From a virus (lineage: Duplodnaviria > Caudoviricetes): a DNA stretch of 36,997 nucleotides. The stretch covers positions 1 to 36,997 of the IMG/VR virus record IMGVR_UViG_3300002989_000008; one strand, given 5' to 3'. The notes under the pieces are model-generated. The model was not told the DNA's origin, did no database searches, and saw nothing but the letters and a program-made list of their open reading frames with translations. Positions 27,358 through 36,552 of the stretch are shown here, in pieces (position 1 is the stretch's first letter; every line of letters begins with the position of its first letter). A program made the translations under genes and the position numbers.

Positions 27358-30354
27358 TTAAAATGGTAATCCGTTTAATTCCTCACCTGTTGGGATCGTA
27401 TCATCATCCTCCATTGCCTGCGCGCTCAGTGTCGAGATAAAGAAACATTCGACTGCCTTATCATCGATCTTCTTGATGATGCGCCGGTCTTCGTTGGCAT
27501 TGGTACCTGTACAGACGTGGATCGGGTTCAGTGTGTAACCATGGTACTCGCACCACGCTCCCAGGGATGATTTGAACTGGTTTGATTTGTACTTGCTCGA
27601 CTGTGACGTGCTCAGTGTTGTTTTGAAATTTTCGAATGCAGCTTCGCGTTTGAAAAACACATTGAAATAACCGGCATTGTCCGGACAGACTGCAGGGTGC
27701 GGATCGGGAGGGATCACAAAATAATGGTTGGCCCAGATAAAGAACTCTTCATCTTTCGATACTCCGCGCGTCATGAGCCTGCGTAACTGACGTTTCAATA
27801 GATTGTCCATTGGTGGCTGAATCTTGAAAAATCGCATCTGCAGTTGCACACAATAAGCCATGAAGTTGTAGAACTTGATCCATTCCTCTTCGGTGAAATC
27901 ATCAAACAGTAACTTGCCAAACTTGAGGAGTGGTGAACGTGATTCCTTGTAGTCGTTAAACTTCGTCTTTTCGTGATAGTAGTCCGATGCTGCCCCGTTC
28001 AGGATACGCGCGATCGTTGAGCTGTCGACATTTTGCAACTCAAAATTCGAGCTTACAACCATCTTGCCTGAAGTATCGTAAGCAAGGATCTGTTTCGAGA
28101 TGTGTTTGCTGTTCACTTCCCTGTTGCCGGTGACCTGTGTATAAAAGAAATTGAAGTCTGCAAACTCATATAAGTCATCCACTTCGATGATGTTATGAAA
28201 CTTCGTGAAACCATCGTAAAGGAATTCCGTTTTGTCGGTGATATCCTTGCGCCTGGCACCAATATAGAAGCGTGGCCGGGTGTGCGAAAGTGCTGCACAA
28301 AGCAACGATTTTCCGGAGCGTCCGGATGACTGGCCAATCTGCGAGATCTTCATATCCTGGAGAAAAACAAGCCATGGTTTACCCGGATCTTTGTATTGAG
28401 AGGTCATATATCCCAATACAAACATCAGGTTGGCCAGCGACAGGTTTTGTTCTTTCGTTTCGGCATCGGTAAGCTTCGAATGATCTTCAATCTCTTTGCG
28501 CCAGTGGATGTGTGCAAGGTCGGTCAGGAACTTTGTGAAGATGAAACTATCATCATTGAGGGTGACTTCGTAGCGGTCGAGCTCCGGGAAGTTAGCCAGT
28601 TCGATATTACAGTTTTCGCGCTCTTCAGATGTTTTGGCGCCCTTCTGCTTTTCGAGAAGCAAGGCATAGTCCGGAGTAGGTTTCACCTCGATGGCCGGCT
28701 GTTTGATTAGCGTGATATTTTTATCGATCACATGGCTGATGATATCGGTCCCCAGTTCCAGTTTGCCCAGGATAAAATTGGGTACATCCTGGTGTTTGAC
28801 CTTCTCAATCGAATCCTTTTGAATCTTGAGACTTCCGTTTGCGAAGTGCAGATATTCAGTTCTTTTATCGTGATTGATGAAATTGAGTGACGGCAATTCT
28901 TTTAGCTCCTGTAGGTTATTCTCTGATATCTGGTTACTCGAATTGATTTTATCGAGGATGGCCACACCATCGATCAGGTTTTTACTCCGGATCCAGTCTT
29001 TTGTAAATCGCTTGATGATCTTTTTGATGTTATCCGGATTGATCAGGTCTACAACCTTTCCGTTGATGTGTGCATAGCAATATCCTGCTTTCCTGTGATA
29101 CGGACTATCAGTCACATAAAAGCCATGTGATTGAAGGAAATAGTAATAGTTTTCGAGCCCTATATTGTAATTGACAACCTTTTTACCTTTCACATCATCA
29201 ATCGACTTCTTCCAAAACTTCATCGGAAAACTGCTGGCCTTAATCGTGATAAAATTATTGATGGTGTCCTCCAGGTCGACACCTGAAATATTGATGAAAT
29301 CCTTAATATCCTTGCAGGGATTTCCTCTCCAGTCTTTTTTAAACTTTAGCCACTCCGGGAGTTGAATTGTTACCAGGTCGATATGGCGGTGCGCAAACTT
29401 CATGGCCATTTCCTTACCGGTTGCGTCGAGATCCATCAGCTGGTAATGCCTTTCGCACAATCCATCGAGTGTTTCCCAAACATCGCGAGGTACTTCTGCA
29501 GACTCACTGTTTAGCCAGTAAACATTAAATCCAAGGCTGGCCATGTTCAATGCATCGCTTTCACCACTGCAGCGGATCAGGTCCTTTACCTTTGGTTTCT
29601 TCCACTCAGGACCTTTATATTCATACTCGCCGGTATCAGGATTTACAAACTCATTATCCATCGACTGCAGCTGTTTAAGGCCAAAGATGTAATTGGTGGG
29701 CTTGGTACCTACATACCCGAACCTAAATTTTTTATCCAGTTCGTGAGGTTTATAGATCTTTTTGAAGCTTCCTTCGTTAAGCAGGAAAATGGGGAAGTCA
29801 TCGGTTGACTTGAAAATGTGGACAATATCTTTTTTGTATCGTTCACTGTAGCTGATCATTTCATATTTAATCAGCGATTTCATATTGAACCGGTCGAGGT
29901 GACCTATTTCCATATAACGGCCAATGCTTTTAAGATCAATTTCGGTGGGTTTGGGCTTGTATTCGAAGTTGTATTCACCTTTTTTGTCCTCGGGTCCGAC
30001 TTCTCTCCAGGAGTATTCGGCTTTATAAGATGGCCGTTTGAAATCGCTGCCGCCGACTTCGCGCCGAACGATCACTTCCTGGATAAAGCGCAGTGCATCG
30101 ATATAGATCAGGTTCTCGGCCCAACCCACATAGCCAATAGCGCTCATACCCGACATTTCAGACTGATTGCCAAAGTCCGTAATTCGCCAGGTTCCTTTGT
30201 AAAGCGATACTTTGGCCGATGCTGTTTTTTCCTCGGATCTGCACTTTACAAAATGCTTTGTGTCTCGAAAATCAACACCAGGGAAATAATACTGAAAGAT
30301 GGTCAGACCATGCTCCGTTGCATCAAGGATTTTATCTGCGTCAATATAGATCAT
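27358..30354 (-). CDS. Primase-helicase fusion (Toprim plus P-loop helicase)
   Basis: Toprim CSGESDALN and MDLDATG (DxD), KDIKDF; Walker A SGRSGKS; Walker B IEVDD; VVSSNF. Confidence 0.85.
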   Translation of the reverse strand: MIYIDADKILDATEHGLTIFQYYFPGVDFRDTKHFVKCRSEEKTASAKVSLYKGTWRITDFGNQSEMSGMSAIGYVGWAENLIYIDALRFIQEVIVRREVGGSDFKRPSYKAEYSWREVGPEDKKGEYNFEYKPKPTEIDLKSIGRYMEIGHLDRFNMKSLIKYEMISYSERYKKDIVHIFKSTDDFPIFLLNEGSFKKIYKPHELDKKFRFGYVGTKPTNYIFGLKQLQSMDNEFVNPDTGEYEYKGPEWKKPKVKDLIRCSGESDALNMASLGFNVYWLNSESAEVPRDVWETLDGLCERHYQLMDLDATGKEMAMKFAHRHIDLVTIQLPEWLKFKKDWRGNPCKDIKDFINISGVDLEDTINNFITIKASSFPMKFWKKSIDDVKGKKVVNYNIGLENYYYFLQSHGFYVTDSPYHRKAGYCYAHINGKVVDLINPDNIKKIIKRFTKDWIRSKNLIDGVAILDKINSSNQISENNLQELKELPSLNFINHDKRTEYLHFANGSLKIQKDSIEKVKHQDVPNFILGKLELGTDIISHVIDKNITLIKQPAIEVKPTPDYALLLEKQKGAKTSEERENCNIELANFPELDRYEVTLNDDSFIFTKFLTDLAHIHWRKEIEDHSKLTDAETKEQNLSLANLMFVLGYMTSQYKDPGKPWLVFLQDMKISQIGQSSGRSGKSLLCAALSHTRPRFYIGARRKDITDKTEFLYDGFTKFHNIIEVDDLYEFADFNFFYTQVTGNREVNSKHISKQILAYDTSGKMVVSSNFELQNVDSSTIARILNGAASDYYHEKTKFNDYKESRSPLLKFGKLLFDDFTEEEWIKFYNFMAYCVQLQMRFFKIQPPMDNLLKRQLRRLMTRGVSKDEEFFIWANHYFVIPPDPHPAVCPDNAGYFNVFFKREAAFENFKTTLSTSQSSKYKSNQFKSSLGAWCEYHGYTLNPIHVCTGTNANEDRRIIKKIDDKAVECFFISTLSAQAMEDDDTIPTGEELNGLPF

Positions 30355-30665
30355 AGTTTTTTCAGTAAAACGAAACGTACTTGGTTAGTTTGTTCAATCT
30401 CAGGATATTTGGCTTTCAGAACATGCGACAGCTTAGCTGCAGACAGACCATATGTCAACAGGCTGAAGCCGTTCATTCTTGCAAAATCTTTCATTTCGAA
30501 TTCCCAGGTATCCATGATTTGAACCTGTGTTTTATCATGTGTTTTCGGATCCTGCAGTGTGATCACTTCGCCTTCAGCATCGAGTGATTTATATAGCCAG
30601 GTAGGCGGAACAGCGATCGCAAAATAATCCTGCTTTGGAATGCCGTGGTGTATAAGGTTTTTCAT
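30351..30665 (-). CDS. Hypothetical protein (104 aa)
   Basis: ATGA overlap with the primase start. Confidence 0.7.
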   Translation of the reverse strand: MKNLIHHGIPKQDYFAIAVPPTWLYKSLDAEGEVITLQDPKTHDKTQVQIMDTWEFEMKDFARMNGFSLLTYGLSAAKLSHVLKAKYPEIEQTNQVRFVLLKKL

Positions 30666-30688
30666 AGGAAATGGATTTTGAAAGATGT

Positions 30689-30937
30689 TTACAGGTATGG
30701 AGTATCAAGCAGGATTTTGTGAGCGGCATTTATGGCATCTACAAATTCTTCTGAATTAGATTCTAATTGATTTTCCAAACAATTTACGAATCGAAGATTT
30801 GTCGCATTTTCTCCAGTTGTTTTTTCAATTGATACATCTGCTTTAAAGAGTTCTACAACTAAAAAGTAATTTTCTTCGGGATGTATCGCAGTGAAACATG
30901 GTCCGATTGAGTGCTTGAAAAATTTTACAGTTTTCAT
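30689..30937 (-). CDS. Hypothetical protein (82 aa)
   Basis: Tightly packed early-operon ORF. Confidence 0.65.
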   Translation of the reverse strand: MKTVKFFKHSIGPCFTAIHPEENYFLVVELFKADVSIEKTTGENATNLRFVNCLENQLESNSEEFVDAINAAHKILLDTPYL

Positions 30938-31230
30938 TTGGCTTGTTTATCAAGTATTTCGTAGATAATTGTCTGCTTTGATTGAAATTCACTGATCTTA
31001 TAATGATCTGCGATCTCGGTCCTTTCATAATCGCTCATTGCTTGAAGTTCAAGAACATCGTATTGTTTATGAATGGCTTTGCTGTGCTCAATCAATTCAA
31101 TGACTGCCTGTTTTAAACTATCGGTGTAGGCCTTAACCCGGTAAGGTTGATTTCCCTTTTCAGTAAGGAGAAAATCCATCATATCAAGAATATCCCTGAT
31201 CTGATATAAGTCGCGTTTTAAGTCTTCCAT
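30934..31230 (-). CDS. Hypothetical protein (98 aa; likely start MEDLKRDLY)
   Basis: ATG 4 nt after the upstream stop; ATGA overlap downstream. Confidence 0.65.
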   Translation of the reverse strand: MEDLKRDLYQIRDILDMMDFLLTEKGNQPYRVKAYTDSLKQAVIELIEHSKAIHKQYDVLELQAMSDYERTEIADHYKISEFQSKQTIIYEILDKQAK

Positions 31231-31234
31231 TGGT

Positions 31235-31831
31235 TTATCTGAATAAAGGATTGATAATCTGAATGCCATAATTGTGCTTTGTGGCCAGTTCTGCAATGTA
31301 TCGGTCCGCTTTGGCTGCTTCCACATCTTCCTGGTGCACATTGATAGTTTTCTGCGTTGTCTCCAGCTGCAGCGTGAATCCATGATCCTTCACTTTTTTG
31401 TTGCAGAAGTATTTCCGGTCGTAAGTGTTGGCCATATGGATCCGCTGTCCGTCTTCGAATGGAAGGCCGTATGCCTTTTTAAACCAATTCACCATTTCGA
31501 GACCTGAAGCGAAACCATCGGCCTGTGCAAGTTTTTGAATCTCATCATTCGATAATTGCACATCATTCACAATGACTTCATAAAAAGTTGCAGCCGATTC
31601 CCGGATAGAAATGGCTTCTGTCTTCCTGCAGGCGACTTCTCCCAGCTTCTGGCAGTATTTGGTCTTTAGTCCGGAGTACAGGTAAAGCTGATCCCCCTTC
31701 CGGATGGGCCGTTTCCGCTTTGCCCTGATGGTGGTACACTTTGGTTTTACACCCGTCCGCTTTGCGTAATTCTTGTCGAGCATGGCCAGGATACCCGGTG
31801 CAAACTCTTTATTGAAATTTAGTGATGGCAT
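31235..31831 (-). CDS. ASCH/PUA-like domain protein with C-terminal extension
   Basis: KCTTIR...GDQLYLYSG...LAQADGF signature. Confidence 0.7.
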   Translation of the reverse strand: MPSLNFNKEFAPGILAMLDKNYAKRTGVKPKCTTIRAKRKRPIRKGDQLYLYSGLKTKYCQKLGEVACRKTEAISIRESAATFYEVIVNDVQLSNDEIQKLAQADGFASGLEMVNWFKKAYGLPFEDGQRIHMANTYDRKYFCNKKVKDHGFTLQLETTQKTINVHQEDVEAAKADRYIAELATKHNYGIQIINPLFR

Positions 31832-31834
31832 GGC

Positions 31835-32068
31835 TTAGTCGTTTGGATGATTTTCGAAATCAAAAAGTGATATAAGGTTATTAATCTCATTATTCAATGA
31901 ATACGGATTACTAAACACTGGTAAGTTCTGTTCTTTAATTCCTGCTTTAATCAAAAGACATTCAGCAGCATTTATCTCCAGGAATGCTTCATTAAGGTGG
32001 ATTACAATTGCTGCGCGTGTTGCGTCAGGAAGTGTTTTCACCATTTTCCTAAATTCAGTTTTTGTCAT
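31835..32068 (-). CDS. Hypothetical protein (77 aa), paralog A
   Basis: Similar at both ends to 32072-32293. Confidence 0.7.
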   Translation of the reverse strand: MTKTEFRKMVKTLPDATRAAIVIHLNEAFLEINAAECLLIKAGIKEQNLPVFSNPYSLNNEINNLISLFDFENHPND

Positions 32069-32071
32069 GGC

Positions 32072-32293
32072 TTAGTCGTTTAGATAGTTTTCGAAATTAC
32101 AAAGTGGAAATATTTTCATTACTGCTTTTTCCAATGACCATGGATCGTTAATGCTAGGTAACCTGCCATATTTTTCAATTAAAATACATTCTTCTGCAGT
32201 AAGCTTTTGGAATGTTTCATCAAACTCTTGGTGGTTTGAATGAGGTGCGTCAGGAAGGTTTTTCACCTTTTCCCAAAATTCAGCGTTTGTCAT
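32072..32293 (-). CDS. Hypothetical protein (73 aa), paralog B
   Basis: Similar at both ends to 31835-32068. Confidence 0.7.
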   Translation of the reverse strand: MTNAEFWEKVKNLPDAPHSNHQEFDETFQKLTAEECILIEKYGRLPSINDPWSLEKAVMKIFPLCNFENYLND

Positions 32294-32295
32294 GG

Positions 32296-32763
32296 CTATT
32301 CTTTTGTTAGCAGCTGCAGCTGAAGTTTGGTAATACTGACGATTGTATTCACAGAGTTACAAATCTGCTTTGCCTGGGCAACATATGTAGGATCCTTTCG
32401 TACTTTATCAATGTCTTCGAGTAATGCTTTCGATAAGTTAATGAGCGCTTGTTTGTTTTCGGTATAGATGGCCGGTTCTGCCCTTGGCGAAAACTTTGCC
32501 GGGAGTATTACTTCATTAACCTGTTGGTTTACTTTTAATTCATAGTATTCTTCTGTATCAATAATTGCAGGCTTGAAATTCTCAAGCCAAAGACTGATCA
32601 TCTCTTCGCTTTGCTTACGAAAGATGGTTGGCGTATTGTCTAATTCGACAACGATTTCATAAGCACCACGTTTATTTTCGAACGATCGGATAACGGCAAT
32701 CTGATCGCGGTAGACTTGCTGTTCACTGCTATCGATTAGTTTCTGAAGTTTAAGTAAGCTCAT
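32296..32763 (-). CDS. Hypothetical protein (155 aa)
   Basis: C-terminal QAKQICNSVNTIVSITKLQL helix; overlaps the HNH-like gene. Confidence 0.7.
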   Translation of the reverse strand: MSLLKLQKLIDSSEQQVYRDQIAVIRSFENKRGAYEIVVELDNTPTIFRKQSEEMISLWLENFKPAIIDTEEYYELKVNQQVNEVILPAKFSPRAEPAIYTENKQALINLSKALLEDIDKVRKDPTYVAQAKQICNSVNTIVSITKLQLQLLTKE

Positions 32764-33634
32764 TGATGGTTCTCCTTATTTTAATTTGATTTCTTTTTAA
32801 TTCAATTAATTCCGGCATTTCTGCGATCGCTGGTCTCAACTCCCTGTTTTTATGGGCTAAAAGATTTGTTATATACTTATCGTCAAGTGTATCGCGTCCG
32901 GCGTTTTTCTCCAGGTGTTCAGTCCGGTTTATCAGTTCCCAGTTATTTGGTTTACAATCCAGTTTGTTATCGGATAGGCATCTTAATACCATTCCTTCAG
33001 GTACCGGACCATTCACCTGCTCCCAGTTGAAGAGCTGCAGAGGCATCCAGTTGGCAAGTGATACCCTGATATACTTTTGACTTCTGGCATTTTCGTAAAC
33101 CCGAAGGCTGATCTCGCCGTCTGACTTGGTATTGTGAGGAACGTGTCCTTTGGGAAAATACGAGTTGCTGCATGTCCTCCTCCTTATTTTTACAACTTGC
33201 TTAGCAGTACGTTTCAATTTCAGTAATTGCAATTTGGCATGTATCGAGTCAGATGTGCGATTAAGCAAAACGCCAATTTCAGCATTCGACAATTCTGTGA
33301 AATTGTCCCGGATAATTTTTTCCTCTTCGGCAGTGAATTGAGTCCATTGCGCCAATTTTATTCCATTGCGCACCAATAGTTGATATACCTGGTGACGCTT
33401 AAGTTGAGATTGATTACATGTTTCATTAATGCCGAGAGATTTGAAATTATTTAAAACGAAATCTTTCTGTTGATCTGTGATCTTGAAGCCGGTCCGACTC
33501 AATTTCATCCGCTTAACCTTTGTCTTAACGGTTGAGAGTTCTCTGTTCAGAGTTTTGGCACAAAACGCATATCCATTTTGAGGATAATTATCTGTCAGGA
33601 ATTGTTTTTCCTGTGGTTTCCACTTGTTGTTCAT
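32750..33634 (-). CDS. HNH-like protein with repeated N-terminal HTH/Myb-like units (likely start MNNKWKPQ)
   Basis: Three ~50-aa units (WKPQEKQFL, ITDQQKDFV, FTAEEEKII); FPKGHVPHN; WEQVNGPVPEG...DNKLDCKPNNWELI. Confidence 0.7.
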   Translation of the reverse strand: MNNKWKPQEKQFLTDNYPQNGYAFCAKTLNRELSTVKTKVKRMKLSRTGFKITDQQKDFVLNNFKSLGINETCNQSQLKRHQVYQLLVRNGIKLAQWTQFTAEEEKIIRDNFTELSNAEIGVLLNRTSDSIHAKLQLLKLKRTAKQVVKIRRRTCSNSYFPKGHVPHNTKSDGEISLRVYENARSQKYIRVSLANWMPLQLFNWEQVNGPVPEGMVLRCLSDNKLDCKPNNWELINRTEHLEKNAGRDTLDDKYITNLLAHKNRELRPAIAEMPELIELKRNQIKIRRTINELT

Positions 33635-34005
33635 GGGAATTCGTATCTGGATGTGTCGGGCCACTGACCGCAGTGGGCTACGAGCTGCTGGATCTCTTCG
33701 GTGTTATCTTCATCAAAAATGCGGTATCCATGATTCCTTGCATAATAATACTCTCTCATTGCTCCTTCGCTTTCAACCCAATCCCTGAGTTGAATAATGC
33801 ACGTTGCCTTTTCTTTGAGCACTTTCATGCAAAGCTCCATCGCTTCATCCCAGTTCCACGAATCAGGGATCCCAATGTTCAGCGGATTTATCACGGTGGA
33901 GACACCCATCATTTTGAGTTTTGCTTCAACGGCTGCGAATTTTATTTTGCAGGCTTCCTTATCCAGTCCGGTAATTTTGCCGGAGATGTACATTTTCAAT
34001 TCCAT
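33631..34005 (-). CDS. DUF4406-like (nucleoside deoxyribosyltransferase-fold) protein (likely start MELKMYISG)
   Basis: YISGKITG, VINP and DWVESEGAMRE motifs. Confidence 0.8.
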   Translation of the reverse strand: MELKMYISGKITGLDKEACKIKFAAVEAKLKMMGVSTVINPLNIGIPDSWNWDEAMELCMKVLKEKATCIIQLRDWVESEGAMREYYYARNHGYRIFDEDNTEEIQQLVAHCGQWPDTSRYEFP

Positions 34006-34016
34006 CTGTTTAAATA

Positions 34017-34361
34017 TTAAAATATTGCGTGTATGACACCTGCAAAAAAGATCACTACAGTTGATACCAGTAAGGGTCTGGCCGAATCGATTTCTTTTTG
34101 GGTTGGCCGTACCAGGTCGAACGATTCCAGCCTTACACCTTGATTTGTACATTCGCCATGCTGATTCCAGGAAACTTGCATGAGGATGCCTGCAGGTGTT
34201 TTGATCGCGCCTAAAATGGTCGTTGGGTAGCCTCTTTTTAGGTCATCATAAAACATGTCGGATGATTCGAATGGGAGGTTGCATTTGAGTTTTGAGTTTT
34301 CGACCTCTTCTGTTGAGAAACGTGGATCGAAGAATTCTCTGATAGTTTTTTTAATGCTCAT
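34017..34361 (-). CDS. Hypothetical protein with C-terminal TM anchor (114 aa)
   Basis: C-terminal LLVSTVVIFFAGVIHAIF. Confidence 0.7.
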   Translation of the reverse strand: MSIKKTIREFFDPRFSTEEVENSKLKCNLPFESSDMFYDDLKRGYPTTILGAIKTPAGILMQVSWNQHGECTNQGVRLESFDLVRPTQKEIDSARPLLVSTVVIFFAGVIHAIF

Positions 34362-34501
34362 AACGATAGATGATTAAAATGTTAATAGTTGTTTACGACG
34401 AAACCTTTTAGCCACTCTATTCGTATATTTGAAACGTGAATGGCCAACGGCTATTTTGATATTTGATGTTTCTTGAACTGGAACTAAAATTTTGATTGCC
34501 C

Positions 34502-34535
34502 AAGGGCGAGATCTTGCCGGATCTCGCCCTTTTTT
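34502..34535 (+). terminator. Strong hairpin plus T-tract facing the plus strand
   Basis: AAGGGCGAGATC-TTGCCG-GATCTCGCCCTT-TTTT. Confidence 0.6.
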
Positions 34536-34627
34536 GGCAGTTGTTTTCCCACCACAACAGGGGAAGTGAATTAGAAAGAACGCCGGCTGCCCGCCGTGGG
34601 TAATATTGTTTGTGTCTTCGGGGGACG

Positions 34628-35176
34628 CTAGATTAAATTCTTTGAATATGCATATGCCACAAGTTTCCTGTCAGGGGTAGTTTTACCCTTAATACCTGTT
34701 TTTGTGTACATGTTATTAATGTGATTGTGGACCGTACAACGTGAAATGAAAAGCTTTTCGGCAATCTCTTCCTCGCTCATTCCAATACAGAAAAGCCTTA
34801 ATACTAATCTTTCGCACTTGCTTAAATCGCAGTTGATTTTTGGAGTGCAAAAACCTAATTGACAAACTTTTGTCGAACGTGCTGGGCAAAACACATTTTC
34901 AATCTTAAAATTAAAATGCTCGTCAATATCAGGGACTCCATCTTTGCATGAGAAATTGCATGAAAGGAATTGTTTGACGCGCATCAACACATCAGCCCTC
35001 ATTCCTCCATGACGTTTGACCAGCTGATCGTACGTTTCAGGGTAGGTTTCCTTGATAGAATTATCAACCTTCAGCAACCAGGATATTGGCATGTCCTTAA
35101 CCTGAGACATCACTCCTGTGGACATATCTTCAACGACCAGGTATTTATTCTCGCTGTTAGTATAAACCTCAAACAT
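34628..35176 (-). CDS. LuxR/GerE-type HTH transcriptional regulator
   Basis: LSKCERLVLRLFCIGMSEEEIAEKLFISRCTVHNHINNMYTKTG. Confidence 0.88.
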   Translation of the reverse strand: MFEVYTNSENKYLVVEDMSTGVMSQVKDMPISWLLKVDNSIKETYPETYDQLVKRHGGMRADVLMRVKQFLSCNFSCKDGVPDIDEHFNFKIENVFCPARSTKVCQLGFCTPKINCDLSKCERLVLRLFCIGMSEEEIAEKLFISRCTVHNHINNMYTKTGIKGKTTPDRKLVAYAYSKNLI

Positions 35177-35384
35177 TGAGAAAGGATTTATTTGTAATGA
35201 TGCTTTGGATCATCATGATTTCTGCCGGGCGAAAATCTCCCTTTTTCATTCTAAGCGCAAATGTCCTTTCAGAACACTCAAGCTGCTTTACCACCTCGCG
35301 CTTAAAGAGCATCTTGACAGCATGATCCAGACCCTGATAATAGTCTGTTGGGTTCAATTTTTCTTCTGTGTTAATCTCGTTCAT
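35169..35384 (-). CDS. Cro-like small DNA-binding protein
   Basis: 71 aa; first gene of the lytic operon, divergent from the repressor; VVKQLECSERTFALRM HTH-like. Confidence 0.6.
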   Translation of the reverse strand: MNEINTEEKLNPTDYYQGLDHAVKMLFKREVVKQLECSERTFALRMKKGDFRPAEIMMIQSIITNKSFLNV

Positions 35385-35501
35385 TGTTTATTGCTTTAAA
35401 GTGTGCTATATTTACCGGAGACAGTGCAAATATATACATGAAAACACGTAAAAACATGTAATTATTTACGCGAAAACGTGTTATTTATAATTAGACTAAT
35501 T
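35385..35501. promoter_or_regulatory. Lysis/lysogeny switch: opposed promoters and candidate operators
   Basis: Minus-strand TATATTTG (35427-34); plus-strand TATATTTA (35407-14); quasi-palindromes TACATG-AAAA-CACGTA (35435-50) and TACGCG-AAAA-CGTGTT (35467-82). Confidence 0.6.
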
Positions 35502-35936
35502 ATGGATTTATCGCCCGTAAATGAAAGGATAAAAATATTTTGGAAGCAAACAGGTATGACACAGCATGTTTTAGCTGAGAAAATTGGTTGCGTACAACAA
35601 GATATTAGTAAGGCTGTCACTAATTTACACAAACCGGGTCTTGATTTGATAACAGGAATTCTTGTTGCGTTTCCTGATGTTTCATTTGAATGGCTTGTTT
35701 TTGGCAGGGGCGAGATGAAGAAAAGCGATGTACCGGCCTATAATACAGGAGAAGTATTGAGAAAAACAGATGATCCGGAGGCGAAAATCTTTAGCTGTAA
35801 AGACTGTATTGAGAAGGAAAAGCGAATAGACGAACTTACCAGAGAAGTAAAAAAAGGGGAATATACTATAGGAATACAAGATAAATTAATAGTAGAGTAT
35901 GAAACACAACTTGGAAAAAACGCCAAAGTATCCTGA
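35502..35936 (+). CDS. CI-like XRE-family repressor (likely start MDLSPVNERIK)
   Basis: MTQHVLAEKIGCVQQDISK HTH; VSFEWLVFGRGEM; C-terminal CKDC plus coiled coil. Confidence 0.85.
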   Translation: MDLSPVNERIKIFWKQTGMTQHVLAEKIGCVQQDISKAVTNLHKPGLDLITGILVAFPDVSFEWLVFGRGEMKKSDVPAYNTGEVLRKTDDPEAKIFSCKDCIEKEKRIDELTREVKKGEYTIGIQDKLIVEYETQLGKNAKVS

Positions 35937-36039
35937 GAGTGGTGCATAGCTGTTTTAGAATGCTTTGTATTTATTTTTTTGATTGATGCAATCCCGAACG
36001 TTGACGGATAAGGAAATGATTAACCCTTAATTATAAACG

Positions 36040-36231
36040 ATGAAAAAATTTAAAATTATTTACGAGCATGTTTTACTGGATCTGGAAAACCCAAAATCTT
36101 TCGATGTTGAATGTCCTGTGGTAAATAAACAGATCGAACAAGGATGGTCTGTTGTGAACACATTCCGTTTTAATAGTTCCCGAATTGCCTTTGTGATGGA
36201 GAAAGAAATTCATGATGTTAATATTCAATAG
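36040..36231 (+). CDS. Small hypothetical protein (63 aa)
   Basis: AT-rich leader; VNKQIEQGWSVV...FVMEK pattern. Confidence 0.65.
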   Translation: MKKFKIIYEHVLLDLENPKSFDVECPVVNKQIEQGWSVVNTFRFNSSRIAFVMEKEIHDVNIQ

Positions 36232-36281
36232 AATACAAAATATAAAATCCCGCCATGTGACGGGATTTAAAACCAAATAAT

Positions 36282-36518
36282 ATGAATCACTTTATTGAAT
36301 TAACAGAACTTAAAGGAGACAAATTTTTACTGAATACTGAATTAATCTTAAGAGCAAATGCAATGGGAGATGGCACTTTATTGACTACTTCTATTCCAAG
36401 AGATAAGGGTGTCGTATCATCGTACGTCCCGGCAAAAATTGATCAGCACCATTCCTGTATTAAATATGAAGTAAAAGAGAATTACGCTACTGTAATGGCT
36501 CTTATTCTTAATAAATAA
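36282..36518 (+). CDS. FlbD/SwrD-like small protein (78 aa)
   Basis: FIELTELKGDKFLLNTELI...T.L...YEVKENYATV resembles the FlbD family pattern. Confidence 0.6.
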   Translation: MNHFIELTELKGDKFLLNTELILRANAMGDGTLLTTSIPRDKGVVSSYVPAKIDQHHSCIKYEVKENYATVMALILNK

Positions 36519-36552
36519 TCACGCCATGTGGCGGGACTATAAACCCAATACT

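Noticed and set aside
29818-30522. 234-aa plus-strand ORF
   Set aside because: Antisense shadow of the primase-helicase; non-ATG start and no motifs
33532-34036. Plus-strand ORFs of 162 and 79 aa
   Set aside because: Antisense to the well-supported DUF4406-like gene
34017-34361. TM-anchored protein as a holin
   Set aside because: Lies in the early operon with no endolysin nearby; lysis genes are not seen in the window
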